Origin: Acidobacteriota bacterium
Lineage (GTDB): Bacteria > Acidobacteriota > Blastocatellia > RBC074
Reading direction: 5' to 3'
DNA: 64,000 bases
NCBI GenBank assembly: GCA_016196035.1
Contig: JACPYM010000015.1
Location: 64,525-128,524 of the forward strand
Shown here: in pieces, positions 1 to 9,871 of the stretch
Position numbering within the stretch: position 1 is the first letter of the stretch
Layout of the letters: each line of letters begins with the position of its first letter
Notes under the pieces: generated by a model
Told to the model about the DNA's origin: nothing
What the model saw: the letters and a program-made list of their open reading frames with translations, nothing else
The model's database searches: none
Translations under genes and position numbers: made by a program

Positions 1-1
1 C

Positions 2-433
2 GGTTCGGCCACGCGTGAAATCTCTGACCACGAACGCCAGTATTTTCAGAGCCTGATCAATGAGATGTTCGGGCAATTCGTGGGCGCGGTTGCCGAAGGG
101 CGCAAGGGCCGGGGCGGGGAAGGCCGGCAATTGACCGATGTCGAAAAGGTCAAACAGTTGGCGGATGGCCGCGTCTTCACGGGCGAAACGGCCAAAGTGA
201 ATGGTTTGGTTGACGAGTTGGGCAATTTTGAAGATGCCGTGAAGTACACGGCCAAGCTGATCGGAATGAAAGGCGAGCCGTCGCTCGTCAGCCCACCCAA
301 AGAGCGCGATGGGTTTTCGCTGTTGGATTTGTTGTTGGGCACCACGAAACTCAAAGCGATTTTACCGGCTGAATTACCGAGGCAGTTGAGTGATCTGGAT
401 ACTTCGGTGCGGTTCCGGTATCAAATGCGGTAG
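2..433 (+). CDS. sppA: signal peptide peptidase SppA (36K type), C-terminal part; the 5' end lies outside the window
   Basis: The frame is open from position 2, upstream of listed ORF 65..433. The translation REISDHERQYFQSLINEMFGQFVGAVAEGRKG...LADGRVFTGETAKVNGLVDELG resembles the conserved C-terminal region of SppA peptidases. Confidence 0.7.
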   Translation, partial: GSATREISDHERQYFQSLINEMFGQFVGAVAEGRKGRGGEGRQLTDVEKVKQLADGRVFTGETAKVNGLVDELGNFEDAVKYTAKLIGMKGEPSLVSPPKERDGFSLLDLLLGTTKLKAILPAELPRQLSDLDTSVRFRYQMR

Positions 434-509
434 CGCTGCCGTCACCAAGTAGTAAGTGCGCTATGCAGCCAGTGATTGATTCACCCATGCAAAGAACTAC
501 GGAGGAGCA

Positions 510-887
510 ATGACCAAAGCAGAGTTGGTTGAAGAAGTCGCCCGTGCGGCCGAGTTGACCAAAAAAGACTCGGAAGTGATTGTGGACGAGGTCTTCAAAA
601 ACATTATTCAGGCGCTCAATCGCGGCGAGAAAATCGAGTTGCGCGGGTTTGGTTCGTTTCGCGTGCGCCAGCGTGACGCCCGGCGCGGACGCAACCCGAA
701 AACCGGCGAGCCGGTAGACATCCCAGCCAAAAGTGTGCCGTATTTCAAACCTGGCAAGGAATTGAAGGAACTCATCAACGATGGGGCGCCGGGTGCGGCA
801 GATGCTGATGATTCGGATGATCTGGATGATGCCGCTGATTTGGCTGCTGGGGCCGCGGAAGCGAGTGGGACGACGACGGCTGTGTAA
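510..887 (+). CDS. HU/IHF-family DNA-binding protein with an acidic C-terminal tail
   Basis: MTKAELVEEVA...IELRGFGSFRVRQRDARRGRNPKTGEPVDIPAKSVPYFKPGKELK is the canonical HU/IHF beta-arm. A GGAGG RBS precedes the ATG. The tail is D/A-rich. Confidence 0.85.
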   Translation: MTKAELVEEVARAAELTKKDSEVIVDEVFKNIIQALNRGEKIELRGFGSFRVRQRDARRGRNPKTGEPVDIPAKSVPYFKPGKELKELINDGAPGAADADDSDDLDDAADLAAGAAEASGTTTAV

Positions 888-1096
888 GCCGCTGTCGCGC
901 GCGTTCAGATTGACTTCGCCTTGAAATTGACGATTCCTCAGCTACGCGTCGCCGCCGCTCCCTCTGCGTAACTCTGCACGGCGCACCAAGCTAGCTTTGC
1001 ATACTCTTTTAACCCGCTTTTTTGCTAAACGCTTTCCGGCAGACTTCGTTTTGTCAGCCGTGAGCGCGTGACCGCCTTTAGGCATTTGCAAATGAG

Positions 1097-2182
1097 GTGT
1101 TTATGCAACCGCTGCAATCCTGGCGCTCCAACCATCCCTTATGCCAATCCGGCTGCACCTGGGTGGCCCTTTGCTTATGGGTGCTCGTCGGAAATGTGAC
1201 TGCCGTGGCGCAAGGTTCCGGTGGCGCCGCTGGTTCCAGCGGCAGCCGTACCAACACGGGGACGAATAGTATTCGCGGAAAAGTATTTCTGCCTTCCGGC
1301 CTGACGCCCGAGCAACGGTTGCGCGTGGTTTTGGAAATCAGCACTGGCGGGATTGCGGCGGAAACCTTCACTGACTCCGTCGGGAATTTCGATTTCCGCT
1401 CCGTCGCCAACAATAATTACCGCGTGACCATTTACACGGATCAGCGCTTGTTTGAGACGACGCAGGAAACACTTGAGGTGTATGGCAATTTCGCGCGCAC
1501 GTACAACGTGCAAATTTACCTGCGCGAAAAGTGGGCTGACACCCTACAGTCAAAAGACAAAATGCTCTCGGTGGCGGATACACAAGAAGCGCCCAAGAGC
1601 GCCAAAAAACTTTACGAGAAAGGTCTCAAACTCGCCCGTGAAGGCAAGCCACAAGAGGCTGTCGGCCCATTGAAAGAGGCATTGCAAGCCTTTCCGGCCT
1701 ACATGAATGCCCTTAACAAACTCGGCGAGCAGCACCTGCGGTTGGCACAGCCGGCGGAAGCGCAGGCGTTGTTTGAACGCGCCCTCGCCGTGAATGACAA
1801 ATTTGCTTTGCCGCATATCAACCTGGGCATATTGTTGCTCAATCTCAAACGCGTGCCCGAAGCGATCAAAGAACTCGAAACCGGCAACAACCTCGATGAC
1901 AGTTTCCCGATGGGCCATGTGCAATTGGGATTGGCGTTGATGCTGGTGGAGCCGTTGGATTACGAGCGGGTCGAAAAGGAATTCAAGCGCGCGCTGCAAA
2001 TCGCCGGCAAGGAGATTCCGCAAGCGCACCTTCATCTATTCAATCTTTACACGCGCCACAAAGAGTATCAGAAGGCGCTTACGCAACTGGATGAATACCT
2101 GAAAGACGCGCCAAACACCCCTGAAGCCGAAGTCGTCCGGCAAAAACGCGATGCGTTGCGGAAGGTAGCCGGTAGCCGGTAG
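1097..2182 (+). CDS. secreted TPR-repeat protein with an N-terminal carboxypeptidase-regulatory-like beta-sandwich
   Basis: The N-terminus is hydrophobic. IRGKVFLPSG...DSVGNFDFRSV...YRVTIY resembles a CarboxypepD_reg domain. The C-terminal half has TPR-like helical repeats (AEAQALFERALAVNDKFALPHINLGILL...). The exact start is uncertain (GTG 1097 or ATG 1103). Confidence 0.6.
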   Translation: MFMQPLQSWRSNHPLCQSGCTWVALCLWVLVGNVTAVAQGSGGAAGSSGSRTNTGTNSIRGKVFLPSGLTPEQRLRVVLEISTGGIAAETFTDSVGNFDFRSVANNNYRVTIYTDQRLFETTQETLEVYGNFARTYNVQIYLREKWADTLQSKDKMLSVADTQEAPKSAKKLYEKGLKLAREGKPQEAVGPLKEALQAFPAYMNALNKLGEQHLRLAQPAEAQALFERALAVNDKFALPHINLGILLLNLKRVPEAIKELETGNNLDDSFPMGHVQLGLALMLVEPLDYERVEKEFKRALQIAGKEIPQAHLHLFNLYTRHKEYQKALTQLDEYLKDAPNTPEAEVVRQKRDALRKVAGSR

Positions 2183-2204
2183 TCACAAACACTTGAGCAA
2201 GCAA

Positions 2205-2254
2205 AAAGCCCTGAGAGAGATGGTTCTTAGACCTCGCTCTCAGGGCTTTGCTTT
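2205..2254. terminator. bidirectional intrinsic terminator between convergent genes
   Basis: Perfect 13-bp stem: AAAGCCCTGAGAG (2205-2217) pairs with CTCTCAGGGCTTT (2237-2249). An A-run lies upstream and a T-rich tract downstream. Confidence 0.6.
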
Positions 2255-2269
2255 AGAACCGACTACCGG

Positions 2270-4684
2270 CTACTGCCGACTCATCACATAGACGCCGCCT
2301 GAAAACGATCCCACATAGAGCCGGTTCGGATTGAAGGGGTCGGCGGCCAGATTCTTAAACAGCACGCTGGGCAAGGCGCTGACGTCGAGCGGTTCCCAGT
2401 TCTTGCCGCGATCCAGCGAGTGATAAAAATTACCGCGCAGATGATCGCTCAAATACAACTCATCGGGGTTGAGTAGGTTGACCGAGAGCGCACTGGCATC
2501 CACCAGCATCGGCATGCCGCCGCCACGTTGTTCCCAGGTGCGCCCGCCATCCAACGAGCGGAAAAACCCTTCGGTCGTGCCCACGTAAATTGTTTCCGCT
2601 GTGCGCGGATCAAAGGTGAGCGCGCGTATGCGCAGAGGTTGCTCACCCAAAGGCAACACTTCAAAACTGTCGCCGTTATCGCGCGAAATCAACAATCCCG
2701 AATCGGTGCCGAGTAAAATCAAACCCGGTGCGTGCGGGCTGGTGGCGAGCGCTTTTAAGGTCAGGCGTGCGTTGCCGCCATCAGGGTTGGGCAGTTTCAG
2801 TATTTGCCAGCCTTTCTTTTCATCAGTGCTGCGAAACAAGCCATCCCAGGTGACGGCGATGAAGCCGGAGGCGGCTGGCTCGGCGGGCGGCGCCGTGGTT
2901 TCCACCAAGGCAGAAACCGGGGCTGACGCTCCTTCGTTCTGAACGATTGCACTTGGCCGCAGCTTGAGTGGGGCCAGTTGAAAGACCTGCGTTTGCAGAT
3001 CGGCCAGTGCGTTTTGCGGGTCAGGTGCGGCTGGCGAGGCAGGCTTTTTGCTCGTGCTTGGTTTCTTGCTGCGGCCTTGGGCTGGAACAGGTCGAGTCTT
3101 AACGACCGGTATGGGTCGTCGCAGCGGTTGTTTGTGCAGTGGATTGGCAGTTTGCAGTGCGGTTGCTTGCACATCCGCCGTGGCCGGGTCGAGTGCTTTG
3201 GCTGGTAACGCTTCCACAGCAGGGTCTTGCCGTTTCACCTGCGCCCAACTGCGACCACGATCGGCGGAGCGAAACAGCCCGCTATTGGTGCCCGCGTAAA
3301 TCGTCTCCGGTTCGGTTTCGGACTGATAGATCGAATAAACATCGCGCACGCCCATGCCCTCGACCGATTGTTTCCAGGTCAGGCCGCCGTCTTCACTGAT
3401 GAAAAAGCCGCCGTTGGCCGAGTCATACAAGACCCCCGCGTAAATGCGCCCGCGTTCGGCGCGGTCGGCGACGACGGTGTTGACGTAACGGCTGATGAAA
3501 CCGGCATTACTGAGTTCGTAATTCTCGCCGCCGTCATTGCTAATCAAAATGCCGTAATTGTCAGTTGCGGCAAAGACGCGTTCAGGCCGGTCGGGATGCA
3601 CGGCAATCGCGTTGATGACCAGCCGCGCCGTGACTTGCCGCCACGAATCGGGCGCGCCGCCTTTGACCGAACGCCAGAGTCCTTCGATAGTGCCGGCAAA
3701 AACGACTTCGGGCAGTGTCGGGTGTTGATAGATGGTGTGCGTGCGCCGGGCGGAGTAGGGAATGCCTTTGACCTTTGTCCAGTTGGCGCTGCCGTCCGTC
3801 GAGCGATAGATACCGCTGCACGCGCACATCCACATGGCGTCAGGATTGGCTTCGTCAATGCGGATCGAAAAGATGTCGGAGTCGTCAATCATGCCCGTCT
3901 CTTTCATCCCGGTCAGTTTCCAGTTCTGACCGCCATCGGTCGTCTTCCACGGCAAATGCCAAGTGCCGACGAAAATGGTATTGGGATCGCGCGGATCAAT
4001 TGCGGCGGAATGAAAGCCGGTCAACTCCTTGTCGTTTTCAGGCGTGATGCGCCGCCACGTCGCGCCGTGATCAATGCTGCGAAACACGCCGTCGCGCGCC
4101 ACCGTGACCAGCACGTCGGGGTCTTTGGCGGCTTGTGCCAGCCCCAACACGGAATGTTCGCGTAAGGCGGCAATCTCATGCCAGCTTTCGCCCTGGTCGC
4201 GCGTGACATACAACCCGCCGCCCGTCGCATCGTCCTTGGCGTCTACCACCTGTTTGACGCCGACAAAAATCGTTCCCGTTTGTGCCTGATCAAAATGGAT
4301 GAAGGTGACGGCAAAGCCCGGCGACTTAATTCCCGGACGCATGCGGCGCCAAATCTGTCCGCCATCCACCGAACGGAACAACTGCCCGTCACTCGTGCCA
4401 AGCAGCACGCGGTCGGCATTGCGCGGATCAATCGCCAACGCCTTAACGTCGCCGCCAAACGGGCCGGTCATCTGCCAGACGCGCGCGCGTTCGACCGCAT
4501 TGGCAGGCGAAACCGCCAGATCAATGTGCGCGACGTTGGTGATGCGCCAGGTCGTCTGCTTGAAATTGTCGAAGTCGGAATTCCCTTGGCCGAGCGCCAT
4601 GGCCACGCCCAGCCAAAGCCAACAGGTGAGGGGTATTAAATGGGGTAACTTGCGTATGTTTCGCCGTGTCATCATCTCTCCCAT
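2270..4684 (-). CDS. secreted BNR/Asp-box repeat (sortilin/Ycf48-like beta-propeller) protein with a central Pro-rich linker
   Basis: About 12 SxDxGxTW-type Asp-box motifs are present (SVDGGQIW, TRDQGESW, SIDHGATW, TTDGGQNW, SEDGGLTW, SLDGGRTW, SLDRGKNW and others). A signal-peptide-like segment follows Met22 of the listed ORF, so the start is probably 4684 rather than 4747. Confidence 0.7.
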   Translation of the reverse strand: MGEMMTRRNIRKLPHLIPLTCWLWLGVAMALGQGNSDFDNFKQTTWRITNVAHIDLAVSPANAVERARVWQMTGPFGGDVKALAIDPRNADRVLLGTSDGQLFRSVDGGQIWRRMRPGIKSPGFAVTFIHFDQAQTGTIFVGVKQVVDAKDDATGGGLYVTRDQGESWHEIAALREHSVLGLAQAAKDPDVLVTVARDGVFRSIDHGATWRRITPENDKELTGFHSAAIDPRDPNTIFVGTWHLPWKTTDGGQNWKLTGMKETGMIDDSDIFSIRIDEANPDAMWMCACSGIYRSTDGSANWTKVKGIPYSARRTHTIYQHPTLPEVVFAGTIEGLWRSVKGGAPDSWRQVTARLVINAIAVHPDRPERVFAATDNYGILISNDGGENYELSNAGFISRYVNTVVADRAERGRIYAGVLYDSANGGFFISEDGGLTWKQSVEGMGVRDVYSIYQSETEPETIYAGTNSGLFRSADRGRSWAQVKRQDPAVEALPAKALDPATADVQATALQTANPLHKQPLRRPIPVVKTRPVPAQGRSKKPSTSKKPASPAAPDPQNALADLQTQVFQLAPLKLRPSAIVQNEGASAPVSALVETTAPPAEPAASGFIAVTWDGLFRSTDEKKGWQILKLPNPDGGNARLTLKALATSPHAPGLILLGTDSGLLISRDNGDSFEVLPLGEQPLRIRALTFDPRTAETIYVGTTEGFFRSLDGGRTWEQRGGGMPMLVDASALSVNLLNPDELYLSDHLRGNFYHSLDRGKNWEPLDVSALPSVLFKNLAADPFNPNRLYVGSFSGGVYVMSRQ

Positions 4685-4994
4685 GCTGAAATCTCCAACC
4701 AGCCAGGGGCTTGCTGCCAGCCAGGGGCTTGCTGGTTGCGGGGGCAATCAATACAGCACTCAAAGGGACGCGCGCCATTGTAGCCGCGCCGCAGGGCAAA
4801 GCAAACCGCATAAATTCAATCGTCAGAAAGGAGGTGTGCGCTAGAGGCAGGAAGTGTGGCCCCAGATGGCTTGGCTGGAAACGCGCTGCCAGTTGCCCAT
4901 GAACGTGGCAGGCCGATTCGCAAAGCGGGCCAGGCTTGTTACATCGCCAAGCTGGATTTGCCCCGTTTCGTCACCCCTGCTAGCCTTAGGCGCT

Positions 4995-5813
4995 ATGCCA
5001 TACCAAGTACGTTTGCTGAGTTGTTGTTTAAGCCTACTTTGGGTAAGTGTGCCGGTGTTGAGCCAAACGCCGCAAGCCGTGCCGCCCAAAGCAATCCCAA
5101 AATCCGCCGCTGGCCCACGTCGCCTTGCGTTTGCCGAAGCCCAAAAATTGCTGGGCGAGGCGCGCGAGGGCGACCTGGAAAAACTGTTGCGGCGCGAGCA
5201 AGTGACTTACACGCGCACAATGCTCGCCGGCGGCCAAGTGCTGGAACTGTTTTACCCGGTCGTTGCCAACCAGCCGGGCAAAGCCGGTAGCAAAGCGCGC
5301 ACGACGACCGTGCCCGGTTACGGCGTGCTCTATGACTCGCTGGCGGCTTATAACGAAGACAAGCGCCCGCGCCACGCCTTGGAAGGGTTGATTCCCGACG
5401 GCAACGCGTTTATTGCAGCGGTGCCGCAATTGGTGGCGCGGCTGGAAAAGCGTTTGCGCACGGGACGGCTGGATTATTCGCGCGCCAGCTTGCGCAAGCT
5501 GGATTCATTCGTCGCCGCGTATCGCCGCAACCACCTGAGCAGCGAAACCGATGCTGGGCTGTTTCAGGAACTGACGGCTTATTACGGCGAAACGCTGCGC
5601 CGCGCGCTCAACGCCGAATGGCAGGTGCTGAACGAGCGTGTCGGCAAGACGCCGTATGTGCACGCCGAACCGAACTTGCGTTACACGCCCACGGGCGCGG
5701 TGCGCAGCCTGGTCGTCAAGCCGTGGAGCAGCGTCTTCAATGCGCTGTATGACGAAGCGCAACAGGGCGGGGCTGTGACGCGGGCGTTTGACGCCGATGC
5801 GGCGGGCAAATAA
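4995..5813 (+). CDS. hypothetical secreted protein
   Basis: Internal Met (ATG 4995) is followed by the signal peptide MPYQVRLLSCCLSLLWVSVPVLSQ. I recognise no family motif. Confidence 0.45.
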   Translation: MPYQVRLLSCCLSLLWVSVPVLSQTPQAVPPKAIPKSAAGPRRLAFAEAQKLLGEAREGDLEKLLRREQVTYTRTMLAGGQVLELFYPVVANQPGKAGSKARTTTVPGYGVLYDSLAAYNEDKRPRHALEGLIPDGNAFIAAVPQLVARLEKRLRTGRLDYSRASLRKLDSFVAAYRRNHLSSETDAGLFQELTAYYGETLRRALNAEWQVLNERVGKTPYVHAEPNLRYTPTGAVRSLVVKPWSSVFNALYDEAQQGGAVTRAFDADAAGK

Positions 5814-5862
5814 AGAAAGCCTCGTGAAGTTGGCGGCGTCTGTGCCGCATGCACGCCAAAGA

Positions 5863-5916
5863 CGCCGCGCTCAGCAATCCGCATAAACTACGGATTGCGG
5901 ATTGCTGAGCGCGGCG
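5863..5916. repeat. long perfect palindrome (20-bp stem, 14-nt loop) downstream of the hypothetical gene
   Basis: CGCCGCGCTCAGCAATCCGC (5863-5882) is the exact reverse complement of 5897-5916. A second 9-bp hairpin (GCGGCGTCT/AGACGCCGC) overlaps it just upstream. Confidence 0.85.
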
Positions 5917-6132
5917 GTATAAGTGCGGCGCATTTCCACCCTTTCACTCGCCGAAGTCGGGCAGTCGGCGAAACTGACCGTCAGTGGCTTAGCTGCCGAT
6001 TGCGTCACGTGTCTATGGACGGGCGTCCCGCAAGGCTTCCGGCCCAGCGCACCCGACGTCTGGGCGCGCGCCAGCTTGAGTACGATAGTTCAAGGTTCTA
6101 TCCAAGGTGGGAGTTGCTGCGATTTTTCCCCC

Positions 6133-6165
6133 TGATCCGCGGTTGTCTGCGTTGATCCGCGGTTG
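6133..6165 (+). promoter_or_regulatory. two 13-bp direct repeats TGATCCGCGGTTG, possible operator upstream of the heme/Cu oxidoreductase gene
   Basis: Exact copies lie at 6133-6145 and 6153-6165. Each contains the palindrome CCGCGG. They end about 23 nt before ATG 6188. Confidence 0.35.
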
Positions 6166-6187
6166 ATTGAGTGGAGGAAGCAAGACG

Positions 6188-7495
6188 ATGCAAAGCAAAA
6201 CGAAATTTCAAATCGCGACAATGCTGCTGGCAGTTTTTTGTGCGGGGCTGACAGGGTTCTTTTCAAGCGCGGCCAGCGCGAACAAAGAGGCCGTCACCTA
6301 CGCCAAACACGCCGCTCCCATTCTGCAAAAACGCTGCGAAGAATGCCATCACGCGGGCGGCGCGGCGCCGATGGCCTTCACCAGTTATGAAGCGGCGCGC
6401 CCCTGGGCCAAGGCGATCAAAGAGAAAGTCGTCAGCCGCCAGATGCCGCCCTTTCACGCGACCGGCGCGGTGGGCCGCTATCTGGACGATCCGCGCTTGA
6501 CCGACGCTGAAATCGCGACGATCACGCAATGGGTAGACGGCGGCGCAGCCAAAGGCAATGCCAAAGACGCGCCCACGCCGTTGACCTGGAAAAACGATTG
6601 GAAGTTGGGCCAGCCGGATTTGGTGTTGAAGGTGCGGCAGGCCTATACGGTAAAAGCGAACTCGAAAGATAAGTATGTGTTTTTTGTCTTCGATCACGTC
6701 TTTGCCGAAGACACCTGGCTGAGTTCCATCGTCACGCATCCGGGCAATCCCAAAGCCGTCCATCACGCCAACACGCACCTCGTGCCGCCCAACGTTATCG
6801 CGCCCGCCGAAGGTTATTTCGGCCCCGATTTTCAACCCGGCAAGAACGGCACCGTGATGATTTCAGGTTGGGTACCCGGCACCAACGACGTATTGCTGCC
6901 CGCTGGCACTGCCGTGAAGATTCCCAAAGGCATGCGCTTCGGCATCCAGATTCACTACGCGCCGTCAGAGAAAGAACTGACTGATGCGACTTCGATTGGG
7001 CTTTATTTTGCCGACGGAACGGTCAACAAAAACCTGCGGATGATGTTCGGCGACCGCAAGGATTTGGCGATTCCGCCGGGCGATGCAAACTATTCGCTCT
7101 CTTCAAAAGCAGCTTTTGCCACCGACGGCTTGATTCGCTTTTTTCACGTGCACATGCATCTGCGCGGCAAGTCGTATGCGTTTAGGTTCACTTATCCCGA
7201 TGGCCGCAGCGAGACGCTGTTTGATGTGCCGAATTACGATTTCAACTGGCAGCGCAGCTACATTTTGAAAGAGCCAATTCAGGTGCCGAAGGGGACGCAG
7301 GTCGAATTCATCGGCACGTATGACAACAGCACTAAGAACAAATACAACCCCGACGCCACGCAGACGGTGCACTGGGGCGAGTTCACCAACGACGAGATGA
7401 TGCAGGGCCGCATCTTTTGGGAGTCGGTGGATGAGCAATTGAATTTGAAGGTGAAGAAAGGGCGCGTGGTAACCAGTGAATCCGCAGAACGATAA
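6188..7495 (+). CDS. secreted protein with an N-terminal CxxCH heme-binding motif and a C-terminal copper type II ascorbate-dependent-monooxygenase-like domain
   Basis: Signal peptide, then KRCEECHHAGGAAPMAF (CxxCH). The C-terminal region HVHMHLRGKSYAFRF...NYDFNWQRSY...VEFIGTYDNS...NDEMMQG is typical of Cu2_monoox_C-like domains. A GGAGGA RBS lies upstream of ATG 6188. Confidence 0.6.
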   Translation: MQSKTKFQIATMLLAVFCAGLTGFFSSAASANKEAVTYAKHAAPILQKRCEECHHAGGAAPMAFTSYEAARPWAKAIKEKVVSRQMPPFHATGAVGRYLDDPRLTDAEIATITQWVDGGAAKGNAKDAPTPLTWKNDWKLGQPDLVLKVRQAYTVKANSKDKYVFFVFDHVFAEDTWLSSIVTHPGNPKAVHHANTHLVPPNVIAPAEGYFGPDFQPGKNGTVMISGWVPGTNDVLLPAGTAVKIPKGMRFGIQIHYAPSEKELTDATSIGLYFADGTVNKNLRMMFGDRKDLAIPPGDANYSLSSKAAFATDGLIRFFHVHMHLRGKSYAFRFTYPDGRSETLFDVPNYDFNWQRSYILKEPIQVPKGTQVEFIGTYDNSTKNKYNPDATQTVHWGEFTNDEMMQGRIFWESVDEQLNLKVKKGRVVTSESAER

Positions 7496-7504
7496 GGTAA
7501 GGGG

Positions 7505-8359
7505 ATGAACAGAGAAGAACTGGGCCTCACGATCATCATCTACATTTCCTTCGTTATTAGCATCGCCTTTGAATGGCTGTATTGGCAGCGCAAAGGCATT
7601 CGCGCGAAATACGATGCGCGTGATTCGTTCGCCAATTACGTGCTGCTGGCGTTGACGGTCGCGATCACCGAACCTGCCAAAGTGCTGTTCATCGTGGCCG
7701 GGCTGGGGTGGTTTTACCAGTATGGATTGCAGTGGATGCCCAGCACCGGGTGGTCGTTCGGACTAGCCTTTCTAGGTGTGGATTTAGGTTACTACTGGTT
7801 TCATCGCGCCAGCCACCGCAGCCGCTTCCTCTGGGCGATTCACGTTTCGCACCATTCGTCAGAGAAGCTGAATTTTTCGGTCGCCCTGCGCCAGCCGCCG
7901 CTGGAACACCTGCTGGACTGGCTCTGGTTTGTCTGGCTGGCGCTGCTCGGGTTTTCGCCGAAGCTGATTCTGACCATCTACGGCTTGAACCTGACCTATC
8001 AGTTCTTCATCCACACCGAACTGGTTTACAAACTGCCGCGCTGGGTCGAATACATCTTCAACACGCCCTCGCACCACCGCGTGCATCACGGCACGAATGC
8101 CGAATACATTGATATGAATTACGGCGGCGTTTTCATCATCTGGGATCGCCTCTTCGGTTCGTTTGTCGAAGAACACTCGCCGGTGTGTTATGGCATCTTG
8201 CATCCGATTCATTCGTACAATCCGTTTTATGTCGGCTTTCATCTGTGGGCGGACATCTGGCGTGATTTGCGGCAGCCGGGTTCGTTGTGGGTGAAATTCA
8301 AGCAGGTGTTTGCGCCGCCGGGTTGGGCCGAAGAATACAAACTCAGTAAGACGCCATGA
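7505..8359 (+). CDS. fatty acid hydroxylase / sterol desaturase family membrane di-iron oxygenase
   Basis: Histidine boxes are present: HRASHRSRFLWAIHVSHHSSE and HHRVHHGTN. The N-terminus is hydrophobic over several segments. Confidence 0.8.
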   Translation: MNREELGLTIIIYISFVISIAFEWLYWQRKGIRAKYDARDSFANYVLLALTVAITEPAKVLFIVAGLGWFYQYGLQWMPSTGWSFGLAFLGVDLGYYWFHRASHRSRFLWAIHVSHHSSEKLNFSVALRQPPLEHLLDWLWFVWLALLGFSPKLILTIYGLNLTYQFFIHTELVYKLPRWVEYIFNTPSHHRVHHGTNAEYIDMNYGGVFIIWDRLFGSFVEEHSPVCYGILHPIHSYNPFYVGFHLWADIWRDLRQPGSLWVKFKQVFAPPGWAEEYKLSKTP

Positions 8360-9768
8360 AAAAATATCTTGTTAGCGCGCTGGTTTTCGCGGCGGTCGTA
8401 TGGTTGACAGCGGCGGCAAAAGTAGCTCCGCCGAAACCGGTTGGCCCTTTGCCTTCACCCGCGCAACTGGCCTGGCAACAGCTTGAATACTATGCCTTCG
8501 CGCATTTCGGCATGAATACCTTCACCGATCACGAATGGGGCGAAGGGCGCGCGCAGCCAGACAATTTCAATCCCACGCAATTCGACGCCCGCCAATGGGC
8601 GCGCGTCGTCAAAGCCGCTGGCATGCGCGGCATTATCATCACCGCCAAACACCATGACGGCTTTTGCCTGTGGCCTTCGGCAACGACCGAATACACGGTC
8701 AAGCAAGCGAAATGGCGTGACGGGCAAGGCGATGTGTTGAAGGATTTGTCGGCGGCCTGTCAGGAGGCTGGGTTGAAATTCGGCGTGTATATCTCGCCCT
8801 GGGATCGCAATCATCCGCTCTATGGCACGCCGAAATACAACGGCGTTTACAAAGCGCAATGGCGCGAATTGCTCAGCAACTACGGCCCGGTCTTTGAATC
8901 CTGGCTGGATGGCGCAAACGATGGCAAGAAGCGCATGGTTTACGATTTCTGGGGCTTTTTCTCGACGATCAAGGGCTTGCAGCCGAACACGATCATCTTC
9001 AGCGACGCGGGGCCGGACATTCGTTGGGTTGGCAACGAGAAAGGCTTTGCAGGCGAAACCAACTGGTCACCGCGTGAGAACGAAGGCACGTTTCCAGGCT
9101 TCGCCGATGAAAAGCAGTTGAACGTCGGGGATGAAAACGGCACGACGTGGCTGCCCGCCGAATGCGACGTTTCGCTTCGCCCCGGCTGGTTCTATCACGC
9201 GAACGAAGACGAGAAGCTGAAATCGGTCGAGCAGTTGCTGAGCATCTATTACGGCTCGGTCGGGCGCAACGCGAATCTGTTGCTGAACATTGGCGTTGAC
9301 CGGCGTGGCCTCGTCAATGAAAACGATGAACGGCGTTTGCTCGAATTCAAACAGGCGTTGGACAGGGAATTCGCCAACAAGCTGACGCCCGCCAAAATCA
9401 CGGCGACAAATGTGCGCGGCAACAGCGCCGTGTTTAGCGCGGCGAAAGCGACCGATGCCGATGCGAATAGTTATTGGGCGACGGATGACGGTGTGACGGC
9501 GGCGGCGCTCGAATTGGATTTCGGCAGGGAAGTCGAGTTCAACCGCTTCATGGCGCAAGAACAGATTGCGCTGGGCCAGCGCGTCAAAAAGTTCTCGCTG
9601 CAAATCTGGCAGAACGGCGCGTATGAAACCATCGCGCAAGAGACGACGATTGGCTACAAACGACTGCTGCGTTTCCCGGCGGTCAAAACCAGCAAACTGA
9701 AGTTTATGATTGAAGCCGCCAAGGCTTGTCCAGTGATTAACAACGTCGCGGTATACCTTGCGCCATGA
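8356..9768 (+). CDS. alpha-L-fucosidase (GH29) with a C-terminal F5/8 type C (discoidin) carbohydrate-binding domain
   Basis: Signal peptide; YAFAHFGMNTFTDHEWGEG, ITAKHHDGFCLWPS and a C-terminal NSYWATDDG...ELDFG discoidin-like signature. The ATGA start overlaps the previous stop. Confidence 0.85.
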   Translation: MKKYLVSALVFAAVVWLTAAAKVAPPKPVGPLPSPAQLAWQQLEYYAFAHFGMNTFTDHEWGEGRAQPDNFNPTQFDARQWARVVKAAGMRGIIITAKHHDGFCLWPSATTEYTVKQAKWRDGQGDVLKDLSAACQEAGLKFGVYISPWDRNHPLYGTPKYNGVYKAQWRELLSNYGPVFESWLDGANDGKKRMVYDFWGFFSTIKGLQPNTIIFSDAGPDIRWVGNEKGFAGETNWSPRENEGTFPGFADEKQLNVGDENGTTWLPAECDVSLRPGWFYHANEDEKLKSVEQLLSIYYGSVGRNANLLLNIGVDRRGLVNENDERRLLEFKQALDREFANKLTPAKITATNVRGNSAVFSAAKATDADANSYWATDDGVTAAALELDFGREVEFNRFMAQEQIALGQRVKKFSLQIWQNGAYETIAQETTIGYKRLLRFPAVKTSKLKFMIEAAKACPVINNVAVYLAP

Positions 9769-9773
9769 AAAGA

Positions 9774-9871
9774 GAGATGACGGAACAGACGGAAATAACG
9801 GAACAGACGGAAGATTTAACCAGCCTGGCCTTTTCTGGTTGTTCCGTTATTTCCGTCTGTTCCGTCATCTC
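9774..9871. repeat. long perfect palindrome (32-bp stem) with an internal 15-nt tandem word, immediately after the fucosidase stop
   Basis: 9774-9805 (GAGATGACGGAACAGACGGAAATAACGGAACA) is the exact reverse complement of 9840-9871. ACGGAACAGACGGAA occurs twice (9780-9794 and 9798-9812). The loop carries its own 6-bp stem (AACCAG/CTGGTT). Confidence 0.9.
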
